DNA of 64,000 bases from an uncultured Gemmatimonadales bacterium (GTDB lineage: Bacteria > Gemmatimonadota > Gemmatimonadetes > Gemmatimonadales > GWC2-71-9). Numbering within the stretch: the first letter of the stretch is position 1; every line of letters starts with the position of its first letter. Positions 60,474-64,000 of the stretch are shown here, one piece after another. Below the pieces are notes generated by a model. It ran no database searches. It was not told the DNA's origin and saw nothing but the letters and a program-made list of their open reading frames with translations. Made by a program: the position numbers and the translations under genes. The stretch spans positions 896,001 to 960,000 of the forward strand of contig CAVUAK010000001.1 in assembly GCA_963739455.1 (NCBI GenBank), written 5' to 3'.

Positions 60474-60990
60474 GTGACGAGTCCAGTACGCATTCGCCCC
60501 GGCCGGCGGACGATGTCCCGGCCATCGAGGCACTCTACCGCGACGGTGGCGACCACGCCGGGCGGCATCGCCCGGTCACCCGACGAGGTGAACCGTGAGT
60601 ACGTCGACGGGTTCGTGTCGAAGAGCCTCGATCGCGGCATCATCCTGGTGGCCGAGCTGGAGGGATTGCCGGGCCTCGCCGCTGAGGTGCACGCCTACCG
60701 GAGCGAGCTGCGCATCTTCCGTCACGTGCTCGGCGAACTCACCGTCGCGGTGCATCCCGCGACACAGGGGCAGGGGATCGGGCCGGCAAGCTGTTCGAGT
60801 GCCTGCTCGACCTGGTGGTGCGGGAACATCCCGACATCACCCGGGTGGAGCTGATCACCGCGGAAACCAATCAGCGCGCGCTGCGTCTGTACGAGGGCAT
60901 GGGATTCCGCGGGAGGGCCGGCTGGCCGGGCGCATCCGCGCGCCTGATGGCAGCCTCGATGCCGACATCCCGCTCGCATGGCTCCGGTGA
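60474..60990 (+). CDS. GNAT acetyltransferase (several indels)
   Basis: GGIARSPDEV, ELTVAVHPATQGQGIG, N.RALRLYEGMGF, DADIPLAW. Confidence 0.8.
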
Positions 60991-61550
60991 AGCCGATCTT
61001 CTTCGCGACCCGGCGGCGATTCCGGGCGTGGCTCGAGAAGCACCATCAGACCGCCGACGAGCTGCGGGTGGGATTTCTACAGGAAGGATTCGGGCAAGGT
61101 GAGCATCACCTGGCCCGAAGTCGGTGGACGAGGCGCTCTGCTTCGGCTGGATCGACGGCGTGCGTCACCGCCTCGACGAGATGAGCTACACCAATCGCTT
61201 CACGCCGCGCCGGGCCCGCAGCACCTGGAGCAGCGTCAACATCGGCGGGTGACCGTGCTGACTGGAACAGGGACTGGTGAGCCCCGGCGGGCCTCGCGGC
61301 CTTCGAGCGTCGCTCGAAGGAACAAGTCCAGCATCTACTCCTACGAGCAGCGGCAGGCGGCGACACTGACCCCGGCGCAGGAAAAGGCGTTCAGGGCCAA
61401 CCGGAAGGCGTGGACCTTCTTCCAGGCGCAGGCGCCCTCGTACCAGCGCGTCATGATCTATCGACATCGCGAGCGCGAAGAGGGAGGAGACGAAGGCGCA
61501 AGCGACTCGACGCGCTCATCTCCGCCTCAGGCGGATGGAAGGCGGAGTGA
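60987..61550 (+). CDS. YdeI/OmpD-associated family protein (several indels; end approximate)
   Basis: FRAWLEKHH, SITWPE, EALCFGWIDG, FTPRR..S.WS.VN, AWTFFQAQAPSYQR. Confidence 0.82.
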
Positions 61551-61576
61551 CAGTGACCCGCTTAGTTTCCTTCCTC

Positions 61577-62146
61577 ATGGAGCCGAGCAAACCCCCGGTG
61601 GCCTCCGGTTTCGTGATGCGCCTCGCTGGGTCTGGCCTGCCTTCTCGGGTGCGCCTGCCAGCCTCGGGCCGCCGATACCGCGGCGAAGCGCGTCGGCACT
61701 CCGCGCCACCTCCGTCTGGGGTGTGACCCTCGAGGCGGCCGGACCGGTGCGCTTCGGCATGACGGCGAGCGAGGCCTCGGCCGCTGTCGGCGGCACGCCG
61801 GCACCCGGCCGACTCCGGCTGCGGCTACTGGCTGCCCCAGGGCGCCCCGGCCGGGCTGCGCATCATGATGGAGAACGGCATTGCGGTGCGGGCCGATGTG
61901 GACAGCTCCGGCATCACCACCATCGGCGACCTCGGCGTCGGGAGTCCGGTGGAGTCGGTGGTGGTCGCGTTCGGGCCCTCGCTGCAGGTGGCACCGCACA
62001 AGTACCAGTGGGAACTGGGCTGGCGATATCTCACCTTCAGCGACGACTCCACGCACCGACTGGTCTTCGAGGTGGACAGCCATGTGGTCCGCACCTGGCG
62101 CGCCGGGCTCGTGCCGGCGGTCGAGTACGTGGAGGGCTGCAGCTAG
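61577..62146 (+). CDS. Hypothetical exported protein (5' part frameshifted)
   Basis: GPVRFGMT, PHKY, LVFE, RAG..PAVEYVEGCS. Confidence 0.6.
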
Positions 62147-62149
62147 GCG

Positions 62150-62657
62150 ATGAACGTCCTCGAGACCGAACGACTGGTACTGCGCTGGGTCACCACCGAC
62201 GACGCCCCGTTCATCCTCGAACTGCTGAATGAACCCTCGTTCCTCCAGTTCATTGGTGACAAGGGCGTTCGCAACCTCGACGACGCGCGCAACTACATCC
62301 TGACCGGCCCGGTGGCGAGCTACCAGCGCTTCGGCTTCGGGCTGTACATGGTGTTGCTGAAGCCCGATGCGACGCCGATCGGCATGTGCGGGCTGTTGAA
62401 GCGCGAGACCCTGCCCGATGTGGACGTGGGCTACGCATTCCGGCCCGCAGTTCTGGTCGAAGGGATTCGCCTACGAGTCGGCGTCTGCGGTGCTCGCGCA
62501 CGGGCGCGAGGCCTTCGGGCTCAAGCGCATCGTGGCGATCACGTCGCCCGACAACGCGGCCTCCAAGGCGCTGCTGGAGAAGCTCGGCCTGCGATACGAG
62601 GGAACGGTCGACCTCTCGGCCGACCAGGACACGCACTTGTTCGCCATCGAGACCTGA
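62150..62657 (+). CDS. RimJ/RimL-type GNAT acetyltransferase (indel near 62448)
   Basis: LETERLVLR, FIGDKGVR, IGMCGL, DVGYAF, WSKGFAYE, N.ASKALLEKLG. Confidence 0.9.
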
Positions 62658-62665
62658 GGAACACC

Positions 62666-63178
62666 ATGCGCATGACCATGACTTCAAGGAGCTGTCCGTG
62701 ATCGAACCGATGAGCCCCCGGCGCGCGCTGCTGCTCGGGGCACTGACCGTGGGCGTACTGGACATTGTCGATGCGCTCGCCTTCTTCGGCATGCGGGGAG
62801 TGCCGCCGCTGCGCATCCTGCAGGCGATTGCGTCGGGACTGGTGGGCAGTGAAGCGGCAGTCGCTGGCGGCCTCGGGATGGCCGTGCTCGGACTGGTGCT
62901 GCACTTCCTCATCGCCTTCATCATTGTCTTCGTCTTCTACCGGGCCAGCCTCAAGGCTGCCCATCCTGACGCGCTTCCCGGTCATCTTGCGGCGCGCTGT
63001 ATGGAGTGGCGGTCTACTTCTTCATGACCCTCGTGATCGTCCCGCTTCGGCAATCCACGCGATCCGCGCGTTGCCGTCGCTGCCGGTGCTGGTGAACGGA
63101 CTGCTCATTCACGCCTTCGGGGTGGGAATCCCGGCGGCACTGTTCTCGCGCGCTGCCACGCGGTCGCCGGCGGCGTGA
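62666..63178 (+). CDS. Membrane protein (indels)
   Basis: GVLDI, ILQAIASGL, LGLVLHF.IA, NGLLIHAFGVGIP. Confidence 0.7.
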
Positions 63179-63752
63179 CCGCCGGCTGGTGTACCGGGTC
63201 ATGGCGCCGCGGCGCGAGTGGTGCTCTGGCGCTCGGCGCCATGGCCGCCACACCGTCCCGGGCCCAGGGCCAGGACATCGGTGCGACGGCGCCCGACTTC
63301 ACCGCGCCTTACGTCGCCGACAGCGCCGCGCCACCGTGGCATTTCTGGGCGCGTGACTCGGTCCCCGTCACGATCCTCAGCTTCTGGGCCACCTGGTGCA
63401 AGCCGTGCGAGACACTGCACCCCTGGATGGAAGCCTGGCCCGCGACTACGCGTCGCGCGGTGTCCGCGTCGTGACCATCAACATGCGCGAGCCGGCAGAC
63501 TCGATCCGCCGCCTGCTCGCGGCCGATGCCGGCTCCGTCACGCTCGACGTGCTCGATCCCGACGGGCACATCACGCAGCTCTACACCGTGACGGCGGTTC
63601 CCACCACGCTGCTGGTGGCCCCGGGCAACGTGGTGCTGCGACGCTTTGAAGGGGTTGCGGCCGCGATGAACGGCATCGAGCCGGTACTGGACCGAATCCT
63701 TGGCCCTGCGACCACGGCAGTGAAGCCGGCGTCGCGCGGCTGCTCGGAATAG
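63175..63752 (+). CDS. TlpA-like thioredoxin/redoxin (indel near 63435)
   Basis: APDF, SFWATWCKPC, YTVTAVPTT. Confidence 0.85.
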
Positions 63753-63758
63753 CGCCAC

Positions 63759-64000
63759 ATGCTCCTCGCCCTGACGCGCGACGTAAGCCCGGCCATGGCC
63801 GCGTGCGAGCTGACACACCTCGCGCGCGTGCCGATCGACCCCGCGGTTGCGGCGAGCCAGCACCACCAGTACGAACGGGCGCTCGAGCAGCTCGGCTGCC
63901 GGGTGGAGCATGTGGCACCGGCGCCGGCGCTGCCCGATTCGGTGTTCATCGAGGACACCGCGGTCGTGGTGGATGAGCTGGCCGTCATGTCGCGGCCCGG
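63759..64000 (+). CDS. ddaH: Dimethylarginine dimethylaminohydrolase (amidinotransferase family), truncated by window end
   Basis: CELTH..R..ID, QH..Y..AL, PDSVFIEDTAVV, SRP. Confidence 0.85.
   Translation, partial: MLLALTRDVSPAMAACELTHLARVPIDPAVAASQHHQYERALEQLGCRVEHVAPAPALPDSVFIEDTAVVVDELAVMSRP

Noticed and set aside
54148..63752. Programmed frameshifting or mass pseudogenisation
   Set aside because: Indels hit unrelated genes, lack slippery-site signatures and come without nonsense decay; typical of long-read error

Overview
High-GC bacterial chromosome segment, most likely Gemmatimonadota. This is inferred from gene style and order (mutS-SPOR-holA, upp-MBL nuclease-YdcF, a Hanks kinase starting [21 protein letters not shown], many lipoproteins), not from a marker gene. 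1-16.4 kb is mostly housekeeping and signalling: mutS, holA, NUDIX, PAS-GGDEF-EAL, upp, a sigma54 two-component system and tRNA-Phe. 16.5-31 kb holds periplasmic and metabolic enzymes: VirJ-like, PQQ beta-propeller, dienelactone hydrolase, PLP lyase, Fpg-like, heme oxygenase, MATE and a diheme cytochrome c. 31-54 kb is a mosaic of small detoxification/ligand-binding genes (ArsR/HTH-SRPBCC x3, VOC, SnoaL, DUF1801, GNAT, TetR-SDR, ECF42-YciI) with several decayed remnants. 54-64 kb has DUF305-LVIVD, OPT and APC transporters, GNATs, TlpA and DDAH. At least 14 genes are split by small indels, increasingly towards the 3' end, most simply explained as long-read consensus error. I see no CRISPR array, integrase, transposase, phage or recognisable defence system. 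Best candidates for undescribed biology: (i) a compact sigma54 regulon whose enhancer boxes (GACA-N3-TGTC x3) and -24/-12 promoters are visible, apparently driving an Asr-like cationic disordered secreted protein; (ii) an adjacent VirJ-like and PQQ-propeller gene pair that both lack canonical catalytic residues; (iii) fold-back 7/8/21-nt repeat elements at gene junctions and inside a signal peptide. Family assignments come from recognising motifs by eye; no database search was run.
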